The notes under the pieces were generated by a model, which saw nothing but the letters and a program-made list of their open reading frames with translations, was not told where the DNA came from and made no database searches. A DNA stretch of 64,000 nt from Hypanus sabinus (lineage: Eukaryota). Below are positions 1-10,137 of the stretch, piece by piece (the stretch's first letter is position 1; each line of letters starts with the position of its first letter). The DNA lies in NCBI RefSeq assembly GCF_030144855.1, contig NC_082730.1, forward strand, positions 2,542,001 through 2,606,000. Reading direction: 5' to 3'. The position numbers and the translations under genes are program-made.

Positions 1-545
1 AGCAAGAATGGACTGCTGAGGCTTTACAAGGAGTTGCTTAGACCCCATAGGGAATATTGTGAACAATCTGGGTTCTGTATCTAAGGAAATTTATGCTGCC
101 TCTGGAGAGGGTCCAGATAATGTTCAGAAGAATAATTACAGGAGTGGAAGTCTTCAGGTATGAGGAGTGTTTGGCAGCTTTGGGCCTGAAAAGGATGAAG
201 GAACAGATTGCACTAAATCACAACAGACACTGAAATGCCTGGATAACATGAAGGTGCAGAGGATGTTTATGTCAGTGGGAGAGTCCAGGATACAAGGGCA
301 CAGACTCAGAATAAAGAGATATGCTTTTGGAACTGAGGTGAGAAGGAATTTTTTCAGCCAGAGGTCATGAATCTGGAATTTAAGGATGAGATTGAAAGGT
401 TTTCAATTGGTAGAGTAGTTAAGGGTTACAGAGAAAAAGCAGGAGTATGGAGCTACATAAGGAACCAACCATAATTAAATGATGGAACATGCTCAAAAGG
501 CTCAATTTCTTAAATGTTCTCCTATGTTTTATGGTCTTATGGATC
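1..545 (+). mobile_element. CR1-type LINE 3' fragment (RT C-terminus and 3' tail)
   Basis: Degenerate LLRLYKELLRPH.EYC-like coding sequence, GHRLRIKR..F.TEVRRNFFSQR motif (ORF 167-370), CR1-like tail ending ttatggtcttatgg. Confidence 0.85.
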
Positions 546-674
546 TGCAGTAAATTGTGCTGACCACACTCCTCGATCCTGGACATTCCATTTCCTGTTC
601 CTTATCACCCAGATTTGTGTTTATAACTGGTGCTAAACCCATCACTCACATAGTCAATGTGGTACATTTTCCCC

Positions 675-1258
675 ACACAACCAGTCACTTGAGTCTACTG
701 TCCCCCACATATACAGTCACTGAAGTACATTGTCCCCTGCACACCAGATCACTGGGGTATACTGTCCTCTACAAACCAAATCACTGGGGTACACCATCCC
801 CCCTCACATCAAATCACTGGGGTACACCGTCCTCCACACACTCAGTCACTGGGGAACACTATACCCCCAAACCCTGTCAAAGTGGGACACTGTCCCACAC
901 ACTACCTGTCACTGGGGTACACAGATCCCTACACACCCAGTCACTGAGGTACACTGTCCACAAAAAACACAATTCCTGGGGTACACTTTCCACACTACAC
1001 CCAGTCACTGGGGTACAATGTCTTCACACACCCAGTCACTGAGTACACTGTCCCGTTCCCCCACACACACACCCAGTCACTGGGGTACACTGTCACTGCA
1101 CACCTAGACACTCGATCACACTGTCCCCACACACCCAATCACTGGGGTACATTGCCCCATATATATGGTTACTGGAGCACTCTGTACACCTCATGACTGG
1201 TTACTGGTGTACAATATTCCCTACACACCCAATCACTGGGATTTACTGTCCTCCACAC
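675..1258. repeat. Degenerate ~32-bp minisatellite, about 18 units, consensus close to CACCCAGTCACTGGGGTACACTGTCCCCCACA
   Basis: Recurring (c/a)agtcactggggtacactgt core at ~30-33 bp spacing. ORFs 557-1042 and 730-1107 are read-throughs of it. Confidence 0.9.
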
Positions 1259-1565
1259 TCCCAATTGTGACATGTGGTGGGAAGACTTTGACTTGTGTGG
1301 GTGTGATGTTTTCCAGGGTATTGACCAGTGTGAGAGATTGAGACAGAGCAACTAAAGTGAGGTTTATGGGACATGTCAGTGAAGATGAGAATGAGGAAGG
1401 GAGTCGGGGTGTTGTGATTTGTGGCAGTGCAGGTGACATTGCAGAGGATGAGTAGGGACCAGATGAACATATGTTGGGTTGAGGGTCACTGGGAGACTCT
1501 GTGGAGGGAAGGTCAGCTATCAGTATCACTATTGGAAGCCCTCAACTCTGCTCTCTATCCCACAG

Positions 1566-1630
1566 GCCAAGTGGAGAGCCATCCTTTGGAAGATCAAAAG
1601 AAGGAGCCTGCAACTAATGCATTGGAATAG
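1566..1630 (+). CDS. Possible terminal coding exon, (G)QVESHPLEDQKKEPATNALE*, of a gene starting upstream of the window
   Basis: Pyrimidine tract ctctgctctctatcccacAG ending 1565, open frame in phase 1 to TAG at 1628-1630, non-repeat sequence. Confidence 0.35.
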
Positions 1631-2149
1631 AACCCAGCTCACAGATATTTCCGCCATCAGGACAGCAAGTACCTCTCCAAACCCAATCACTGCGAAATGA
1701 TGCCCACTCCCTCCTGGTCCCACAAGCACAGAAGTTGTGTGTAGGGGTCCGCCCCTCTACTGGAACCCCTGCCTTTGTTCAACAATTCCAAATTGCGTTA
1801 TATACTCTGGGTTCTGCAGCGACTGATGGTAACCACACTCCCGGATCTGGGATCCTCTCTACTGCACACAGTCTTGTGTCCACTACTCATCTGCCTGTCT
1901 GTCCCTCATTTTCTCCCTGCTGCTCAGATCTAACACCGGCCACCTTTCCTCCTGATTCTAGTCCTGAGAATCTACAACTTTCTTGTCCTCTCTCAGTATT
2001 CTCTCCTGTGTCCCCACCCGAAATCCTGTGCCTACATCATTCCCCAGCATCGCTACACATCCCCATGTAATCCCCACACTCTGTCATCACTGAATGCTCT
2101 TTTCATGTTCTCACCTTTTTTCTTTTCCTCTATCCTACCTGGGTAAAGT

Positions 2150-3420
2150 CCACAAGACATTGGTGCAGAATGAGGCTATTCAGCCCATCGAGTCAGCTCC
2201 ATTATTTGATCAAGGCTGGTCTATTTCTCTCTCAGTCACATTCTTCTGCCTTCTCCACCTAATCTTCCATGCCCTGACATATCAAGACTCCATCAACATT
2301 AGCTTTAAATATACTCAGCGATCTGGCCTCCAAAGCCACCAAAGTAATACATTCCACAGATGCAACAACCTCTGGCTAAAGAAATTCCTCCTCATCTCCA
2401 TTTCAAATAGACATCTCTCTATTCTGACATTGTGACCTCTAATCCTATACTGTCCAACAATCAGAAACATCCTCTCCACATCCAGTCTATCTAGTACTTT
2501 CAACATTCAATAGGTTAAAATGAGGTACTCCCTCATTCTTCTAAATTTCAGTGAGTACTGGTCCAGAGGTATCCAACGTTGCTCATGTGATAAGACTCTC
2601 AAGTCCAAAAACATTTTCTGAACCCCCTCTGAACCCTCTCCAATGTCAGCACACCTTTTCATAGAAAAGTGCCTCAAACTGTTGACGATACTGCAAATGA
2701 TGCATCACCAGCCTCAGCTTTACACCCTTGTTTTTATATTCTAGTTCTCTCAAAATCAATGTTAACATTGCATCTGCCTTCCTCACCACAAACTTAAACT
2801 GCAAGTTAACCTTTAGAGAATCCTGCACAAGGAATCACATTTCCCTAAGGTTTTGTCCTGAAACATCAACTGTACTCTTTTCCATAAATGAGTTCCTTTG
2901 ATCTCCAGCATTTGCAGAGTTACTCGTGTTTGTGGTTGTATTCCCTTTGCACTTTGGATTTATGAATTTTCTACCCATTTAGAAAATAGTCTACTGTTTC
3001 ATTCCTCCTCCCAAAGTGGAATTTAGTTCCTGACACGATGTTACATCTGACATTTCTTTGCCAAATCTCCTCATCTGTCCAAGTCTTTCTGCAGTGTCTC
3101 TGCCTCTGTAATACTATCTGCCCCTTTAGCTATCTTCATATCATCCACGAACTTGTGTACAAAGCCATCAACTCCATCACCCAAATCATTGATACACAAC
3201 GTGAAAAGAATAAGTCCCAACGCCGAACCCTGTGGAACACAACTTGTCAGCAGCAGCAAATCAAAAATGTTCCCTGTATTCCTGCTTTATGTCTCCTTCT
3301 AATTATCCAATGATCTTCCAATCCTATGTCACCGCTTACCAAGGATATGATTTATTTTTTATCAATAGGGCCATGCTACACCGTCTGCCTACCTGCCTGT
3401 CATTTCAATACAATGTGTAT
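2150..3420 (-). mobile_element. CR1-type LINE RT/3' fragment
   Basis: TSCVPQGSALGLILFTLCINDL...KFVDDMKI (ORF 3071-3259), MMHHLQY.. and CR1 C-terminal ORFs 2646-2828 and 2315-2506. Confidence 0.9.
2846..2935 (+). mobile_element. PLE terminal-repeat relic with 5'-truncated hammerhead (CUGAUGA half missing), inserted in CR1
   Basis: aggttttgtcct-GAA-ACAT-C-AACT-gtactcttttccata...ctccagcattt matches the other pLTR relics in this window. Confidence 0.6.
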
Positions 3421-4282
3421 CCATGGATATTAAGCTCTCAACAATAATTTTCTTTCCCATGACTCAGTGATGCCCACAACATCATACCTGTCAATCTCTG
3501 ACTGACCGTCTAACAAGACCGTCTATCTTATTTTGCATGCAGAGTGCATTCAAATATAACACCTTCAGTTAGCTGTTTCCCCTTCGATAAACTTGTCAGC
3601 CCCAGCTGATCAGTCACACTGAGCTTCACAATGTACTGCGGCCCCCACACTGTAACTTCCTGTTCCCCATCCCACAATCCCTCCCGGGACATCCCTCGTA
3701 ATTCTCATTGCCATCCTGAAGGAAAGTCCCAGATGCTGGAGCTGAGGGTGGAACCTGTGCAAAACCCAGGATGTCGGATGTAGTGAAGGGTCCTGTGAAG
3801 CCTTTCTCAAGATTCTGGGGCTGTGGATGGCCACACACTGCAAGTGGTTTATTGTTAATATTGTGCGCTCCCTGCCCACATGAACTGGTGAAGGTTTCAC
3901 CAGTGAAATCACGCTCAGTCTTTCAGCCAGAGAACCTGGTGATGGGGTATCGGGCAAAGGGCACATTTTTAAGCTGTGCATTGTCGGATTTAATGGCTTG
4001 GACAGCGTCCATGGCGAGTTAATGTTTCAGCTCACACATGTCTCTCTCCACAGCTGCTGCCTGACCTGCCTCGGGCTTCCAGCATTTCCTGATTTTGCTA
4101 GAGATCTCCAGCTTATAGAATTGTTTTATATTTACTCCTTTAGATTGTGTACTTTATAATAAATTCTTATACAGTTTTTACCCAAAACCGTCCTGTTCTT
4201 GGACTGCAGCAGGTTTACTAAGACAAGTCAGCTCGTGGGGTGCTGTGGTCTGAATGGACAGCCCATGGACCAGCACTCTAGG

Positions 4283-4447
4283 ATTGGCCGAAGTGGTTGT
4301 GGTACAATCTTATTGGACACCATTATTACCGCACACCTGATTGTCCGTCACTTGGCTGCCGCGTTTACTAATTGGCTGCTGGAATACCTCACTTCCTGAT
4401 TGGATCAGCTGGTAGTAGCGCAACATGCCACTGACCAGACGGATTGG
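4283..4447. promoter_or_regulatory. Tandem CCAAT-box (ATTGG) array with an ETS-type CACTTCCTG motif, promoter-like
   Basis: ATTGG at 4283, 4312, 4371, 4399 and 4443, imperfect ATTGT at 4340, CACTTCCTG at 4390-4398, CpG-rich sequence downstream. Confidence 0.6.
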
Positions 4448-4785
4448 TTCGCTGATGTGACGGTGACCGCATGCGACACGAAGAGCTGACGCCGACTCTT
4501 CGGTTTACCGTGTTCGCTGGTTCAAGGGTCCGAGGAAGGCAGGTGTATTGGCGGGATACACTTCCTCTGGTCTGTGGATGCACCCATTCCTCTCACACCG
4601 GCCTTCCCCACAATCCCTCCACCCCGTCTGTTGGATTCTTCATCTGTCAAAGGTGGGGGTGGGGTAATAACTGGGCTAACGCTAGAGAATAATAAAATGA
4701 CGGAGGAATTAAACAAATATTGTTATGCTCATGTTAGTGGGAGACGTAGACGAGAACCGCTACCTCTCTTAAACACACTATATAT

Positions 4786-4852
4786 ATATATGTGTGTGTG
4801 GGTATATATATATATATATATATACATATATACATATACACGCGTATATATT
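4786..4852. repeat. (TA)n/(TG)n microsatellite
   Basis: Directly visible dinucleotide runs. Confidence 0.9.
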
Positions 4853-4989
4853 AGGGAGGGGGTGTTGCCTTTTTAGAAACACTGCGTATTATGTACAGTG
4901 ATTTTACTTACTGTAATGCTGCAGCTCCTGTGTATACTCAAGAAATGTGCGTTGAAGGAAAGACTTTATTGTTTATTTTACTTTAGTGT

Positions 4990-5330
4990 TTATTGTGTTT
5001 ATTGACAAAATGCCGGCGGAACTCAGCATCTACAGAAAAGAGTTATGGACCGAAACCCTTCATCGGGACTCCAAAGGAGGGGAAAAGTTAGAATCAGAAG
5101 GTGGGAGAAGGTGAAAGTGGAAGGGAGAGGGGAGCGGGTGCAGTGAAGAAGAGCTGGGGAGGTGTTTGCTGAAAGAGATAAAGGGCTGGAGAAGGTTGGA
5201 ATCTGATGATGATATGCAAGTTGGAAGAGAAGGTGTGAGAGAGAAGTAAGAATTGGGAGTGGTGAAGGATTCTTTAATTCGAAACGATAAGGCAGCGGGA
5301 AAGCACCTAAAGATTTCCAACAGGAAGACA
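4990..5330 (-). mobile_element. PLE 3' terminal-repeat relic with a broken hammerhead motif
   Basis: Minus strand reads ggagtc-CCGATGA-agggtttcggtc-cataact...gatgctgagttccgccggcatttt, and the upstream part resembles 51130-51300. Confidence 0.65.
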
Positions 5331-5334
5331 TTTT

Positions 5335-7370
5335 GAGTTCTCGGGGAGAAGGAGAGGCCTAACTGCGCAGGCGCGGGACGTCAGCCAGTTGAGAGCGAAC
5401 AGTTTAAAAAGAAGGCAGCCGGATCCAGCGGGCAGTGGAATGAGAGGGCTTTGACTCCAGGGGACGAGGTGAGGCAGTTGTTGATTGCAAAAGGAAGTAG
5501 TATGTGTGTGAAGCCAGTTTTCTGTGGTCGGTGTCAGATATGGGAGGTCCCGGACGGCCACACCGGCACCCGGTGCATCGAGATGCAGCTCCTAAGGGAC
5601 CGTGTTAGGGAACTGGAGCTGCAGCTTGATGACCTTCGTCTGGTCAGGGAGAGTGAGGAGGTAATAGAGGCAGGTGGTCACTCCGGGGCCACGGGGGACA
5701 GAAAAATGGGCCACAGTCAGGAGAGGGAAGGGGAAGAGTCAGGTACTAGAGAGGACCCCTGTGGCTGTACCCCTTGACAATAAGTACTCCTGTTTGATTA
5801 CTGTTGGGGGGGGGACAGCCTACCTGGGGGAAACGACAGTAGCCGTGCCTCCTGCACAGTGTACAGCCCTGTAGCTCAGAAGGGTAGGGAAAGGAAAAGG
5901 AAGGCAGTAGTGATAGAGGACTCTATAGTCAGGGGGTCTGACAGGCGATTCTGTGGATGCAGAAAAGAAACTCAGATGGGAGTTTGCCTCCCAGGTACCA
6001 GGGTCTGGGATATTTCTGATCGTGTCCAAGATATCCTGTGGTGGGTGGGAGAACAGCCAGAGGTCGTGATACATATAGGTACCAATGACATAGGTAGGAA
6101 AAGGGAAGAGGTCCTGAAAGAAGACTACAAGGAGTTAGGAAGGAAGTTGAAAAGCAGGACCTCGAAGGTAGTAATCTTGGGATTACGGCCTGTGCTTCGT
6201 GACAGTGAGAATAGGAATAGAATGAGGTGGAGGATAAATGTGTGGCTGAGGGAATGGAGCAGGGGGCAGGGATTCAGATTTCTAGATCATTGGGACTTCT
6301 TTTGGGGCGGGTGTGACCTGTACAAAAAGGATGGGTTGCACTTGAATCCTGGGGGACAATATCCTGGTGGGCAGGTTTGATAGAGCTGTTGGAGAGGGTT
6401 TAAACTACTCTGGCAGGGGGGTGGGAATCAGAATGTGAGCACAGGGATTAAGGTAGCAGGACAAGGGCATGATGCTAAGAGTTCTGAGTTGATGAGGAAG
6501 GACAGGCAGGGGACAGAACATAATTGTAGATGTACAAAAAGGCTGGATGAACTTAGCAGGTCGGGTGTTGCCCAACCTGCTGAGTTCATCCAGCTTTTTC
6601 GTATGTCTTGATTTGACCACAGCATTTGCAGTGTACTTTGTGTTGAACATAATTGTAGCCAGTTAAAGTGGTTGAAATGTGTCTATTTCAATGCTAGCAG
6701 TATTAGGAACAAGGAGGATGAACTTTGAGCATGGCTTAGTACGTGGAACTACAATGTTGTGGCCGTTACTGAAACTTGGTTGGAGGAAGGGCAGGATTGG
6801 AGGATGCAGGTCCCGGGGTTCAGGTGTTTTAAAAGGAATAGGATGTGAGGTAGAAAAGTGTGGGGGGTGGAGTGGCATTGCTGGTCAGGGATAGTATCAC
6901 AACTATAGAAAGGGAGGACGCTGCAGAGGGAGTGTCCACGGAGTCAGTCTGGGTGGAAGTCAGAAATAGGAAGGGATCAATCATTCTGCTGGGAGTAGTC
7001 TATAAGCCCCCAAATAGCCCTTGGGACACCAGGGAGCAGATAAGCAGGCAGATTTTAGAATGATGCAGGAAATACAAAGTAGTAGTTATGGGTGATTTCA
7101 ACTTCCCTCATATTGACTGGCACCTCCTGAGTGCAAGAGGGATAGATAGAGCTGAATTTGTTAGGTGTGTTCAAGAAGGATTCCTGACGCAGTATGTGGA
7201 CTGGCCGACGAGAGGAGAGGCTATATTGGGTCTAGTTCTGGGTAATGAACCTGGTCAGGTGACAGACCTCTTGGTGGGGGAGCATTTTGGTGAGAGTGAC
7301 CATAACTCCCTTAGCTTCAGCATAGCTATTGAAAGGGATAAAATCAAATGAAATGGTAAAGTGCTTAACT
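5335..7370 (+). mobile_element. CR1-type LINE 5' half: 5'UTR, ORF1 (Cys-rich N-terminus, coiled coil, SGNH/GDSL-like esterase) and start of the ORF2 endonuclease, with lesions
   Basis: FCGRCQIWE...RCIEMQLLRDRVRELELQLDDLR, VVIEDSIVRGSDRRFCG..VIHIGTNDIG..DGLHLNP, then GGGVALLV and MGDFNFPHIDW. Confidence 0.95.
6530..6644. mobile_element. 115-bp fold-back mini-insertion derived from the PLE terminal repeat, flanked by a 14-bp TSD
   Basis: GAACATAATTGTAG at 6516-6529 and 6645-6658; ~30-bp inverted arms at ~6536-6565 and ~6571-6599. Confidence 0.85.
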
Positions 7371-7494
7371 ATCAACATTGAGTCTAATGAAATGTGACAG
7401 CTCGCCATATAAAGATGACAAGGGCAAAATTCAAAGTTTGCCTGATGGAGAGGAAATCTGGGTGGACATTTGCAGTCAGTGCTCTCATTGCAGT

Positions 7495-8234
7495 TTATTC
7501 ATTATGGACTGTGCCTTTGAAAAGACAGCGAGGGTGCCACTGATTCAGAGAGAGAGAGGGACACCGAGCAGCTCGTGAGTCGCTATAACGAAGGAAGGGC
7601 AGAGCTATATAATGGACAGCTGGTCTTCAGCATGTTTGGATATATATACAAGGTCAGCTAGTTTTTTGGCAGACACACACAAAAGACACACAGAGATACA
7701 GAGGAAGTAAACACTGGATGACCTTTGAGTGCCCACAACAAGGTGGGTTTTGCTCATAGTGGTGGGGTGAATCGGGACAGAAACGGGGTGACCTGTGGAA
7801 AGCTATCAGTGTGCTTAACCCTTGCCTGGGTTATAGCTTTACCACATGAAGATGGTACCCTTATTGAGGTCACAGTTGGTAAACTTAAAAGGTTTTTGGA
7901 AGACAACAGAAAGATCAACAGCATTGGCTTACTTGGATAACAAATCGCCTCTCTGTCTCTCTCCTAATTCTACACAACTCAACATCACGAACTGAACCGA
8001 CTTCGTTTATATATCATCATAAGACTGTATCACTTACCACCTAAGCTTGAAGTTTGGTGTTTTGTATTTCCACACTTATATATGCACAAACTCTGCTGAC
8101 CTGTTTGATTTATCTGGTTTGATATTACTATATTATGTAGATACTAATAAGTAGTATTTTGTTAATAGCAAAGCCAGACTCCAGGTGTGTTCCATTTCTG
8201 CTGGTTCTTTCAACCCATTACAGGGTACGTAACA
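7495..8234 (+). repeat. 5' LTR (first ~20 bp apparently lost or replaced)
   Basis: Aligns by eye with 16265-16970; ends gggtacgtaaCA immediately before the PBS. Confidence 0.9.
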
Positions 8235-8238
8235 AAAG

Positions 8239-8256
8239 TGGAGGCTTGTCCAGGAT
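8239..8256 (+). promoter_or_regulatory. Primer-binding site, degenerate tRNA-Pro type
   Basis: TGGAGGCTTGTCCAGGAT versus the tRNA-Pro PBS TGGGGGCTCGTCCGGGAT (3 mismatches), 4 nt after the LTR end. Confidence 0.8.
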
Positions 8257-8343
8257 ATAAACAAATATTGGGACTTATTGATTGAGTGATTATCAGTCAT
8301 ATTGGCTACTTCTTCTTTGATTGGCTCGTGTGTGGAAACAGCA

Positions 8344-9450
8344 GAAATGGATTTTGTGGATTTTCTGGCATCACCAGACCCTGCGGCTTTGAAGAAAGTT
8401 AACAAGGATGAATTGTGGGACATTGTTGAAGAGTTGAGATTTATAGGGATAAAGAAAGGTATGACAAAGGTAGAACTTCAAAAGAAAATAGTTGAATACT
8501 ATATCTCTATAAATCAGTTTGATGAAGAGGAGTTAAAGGGGCTTCCTGTAGGTTAAGAGGAGATCCAGTTATGACTGGAACAACTGAAGTTCGATAGACT
8601 TAAACTGGAGACTGAGGATAAAGAAAGACAAAGGCAGTATGATGCTAGAGAGGCAGGTAGGCAGAGAGAAGAAGCAGAAAAACAGTGTTTGAGAGGAAGA
8701 AATGGCAGCAAGAGCATCAAGTGCCAGGCCGTGGTGATGAGTTGGTTGTACCGTTTAATGCCAGCCAAGAGATTAAGTTGGTACCTCCATTTGATGAAAC
8801 CAAAGTTGATAGGTATTTCCTGCATTTTGAAAAGGTGGCCCAGAAATGGAAATGGCCGAAGGATCAGTGGGCTGTTCGGTTACAAAGTGTGATTAAGGGG
8901 AAGGCTCAGCTAGTGTATTTTGCCCTGACTCTGGTAGAGGCAAACAATTATAACACAGTGAAAGATGCTGTGCTTAAGGTTTTTGAGTTGGTTCTGGAGG
9001 TGTACAGACAAAAGTTTTGAGGTTTAAGGAAGTCTTGGAACCAAACAAATGTAGAGTTTGCCCATGAAAAACAGGTATACTTTAATCGTTGGTGTACCTC
9101 AAAAAGGGCAGATGAGGATATTAACAAGAGAGTTGATTTTGATTGAAGAATTTAAAAGCTGTGTCCCTGTTGACGTAAGAACATACTTGGATGAGAAAGT
9201 GGCTACGACTCTTTCCGTGTCTGCTAGGTTAGCAGATGAGTATGCCTTAACCCATAAGGTTAAGTTTTTCTCGAATAAGAGCAACCAAAAGATTAACAGA
9301 GATAACAAAAATAACCCACAGGTTAAACCAGAAAGTAAGTCAGGAACTAGGGACAAAAGCAAGGAGGAAGGAAAGCAGTGAAAAGGAACATTTTCCCGTT
9401 TTACATGTCACTTTTGCAAGAAGCCTGGTCATGTAGCAGCTAATTGTTTT
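8344..9450 (+). pseudogene. gag: Gmr1-like gag (capsid/SCAN-like region plus zinc knuckle), disrupted
   Basis: VPPFDETKVDRYFLHFEKVAQKWKWPKDQW, LILIEEFKSCVP..LADEYALTHK, and CHFCKKPGHVAANC (CX2CX4HX4C) at 9406-9447. Confidence 0.88.
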
Positions 9451-9541
9451 GCTCTGAAAAGAGAGAAAAGAAAAGGAGACAATTCCAAATGCTTGTGTTC
9501 AGTAGGTTGATATACCACTAAGGAAGGAGTGGTCTGCCCGA

Positions 9542-9985
9542 GTGCAAGAGGGATGTGAGCGGTTTACCTCAGATGGATTTGTGTCTGTAAAAGAAGGGTC
9601 AACTCCAGTTCCAGTGAGAGTCTGGCGAGATACTGGGACTTTTCAGTCAATAATATTGGACAGTGTTTTGGATTTCGGAGATAAGATGAAAACTGATGAA
9701 GTAAATATTATCAGAGGTATTGGAAAGGGGACTGAGTCTGTGCCTTTGCATAAGGTAATTTTGAAATGTGAATTGGTATTACGACCTGTTAAGATAGGGG
9801 TACAATCTGAATTACCGATAGACAATGTTGATGTATTGCTTGGTAATAACCTTGCAGGAGGGTATGTTTATTCAACAGTGCAGCTAACGAGCAAGCCTGT
9901 TGCTGACAACCCACACATGGATACTGATATTTACCCTGCATGCGCAGTAACTCAAAGCATGTCTAAAAAGTCTGCTGATGCATAG
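9542..9985 (+). pseudogene. Retroviral-type aspartic protease region
   Basis: VWRDTGTFQSIIL (DTG at 9629) and VLLGNNLAGG. Confidence 0.85.
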
Positions 9986-10137
9986 TTCAGGGGAGGGGGA
10001 TTTTGAGGCCCATGATGGCAAAAACAGGTTCAAATCACGATGATGTATCAAAGACTTTTCAACCTTCCATGTTTCAACAAGACTTGGGTAATAAGGCAGA
10101 TGAGAGAGGTTTGTTGTTGTTCAGAAACTAATTTATA

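Noticed and set aside
675-1258. Regularly spaced repeats resembling a CRISPR array
   Set aside because: The units are contiguous and degenerate with no unique spacers, there are no cas genes, and the context is eukaryotic.
1243-1470. Minus-strand ORF starting with a signal-peptide-like MFIWSLLILCNVTC
   Set aside because: No recognisable domain or splice support, and it runs into the minisatellite; likely chance.
3610-4022. Overlapping ORFs (123 aa minus, 83 aa plus) in unique-looking sequence
   Set aside because: No motif recognised in any frame and no convincing exon boundaries.
7393-7494. TGTGAC at 7393 as the true start of the 5' LTR
   Set aside because: These 100 bp have no counterpart in the 3' LTR, which has only ~20 bp before the shared region; no TSD could be assigned.
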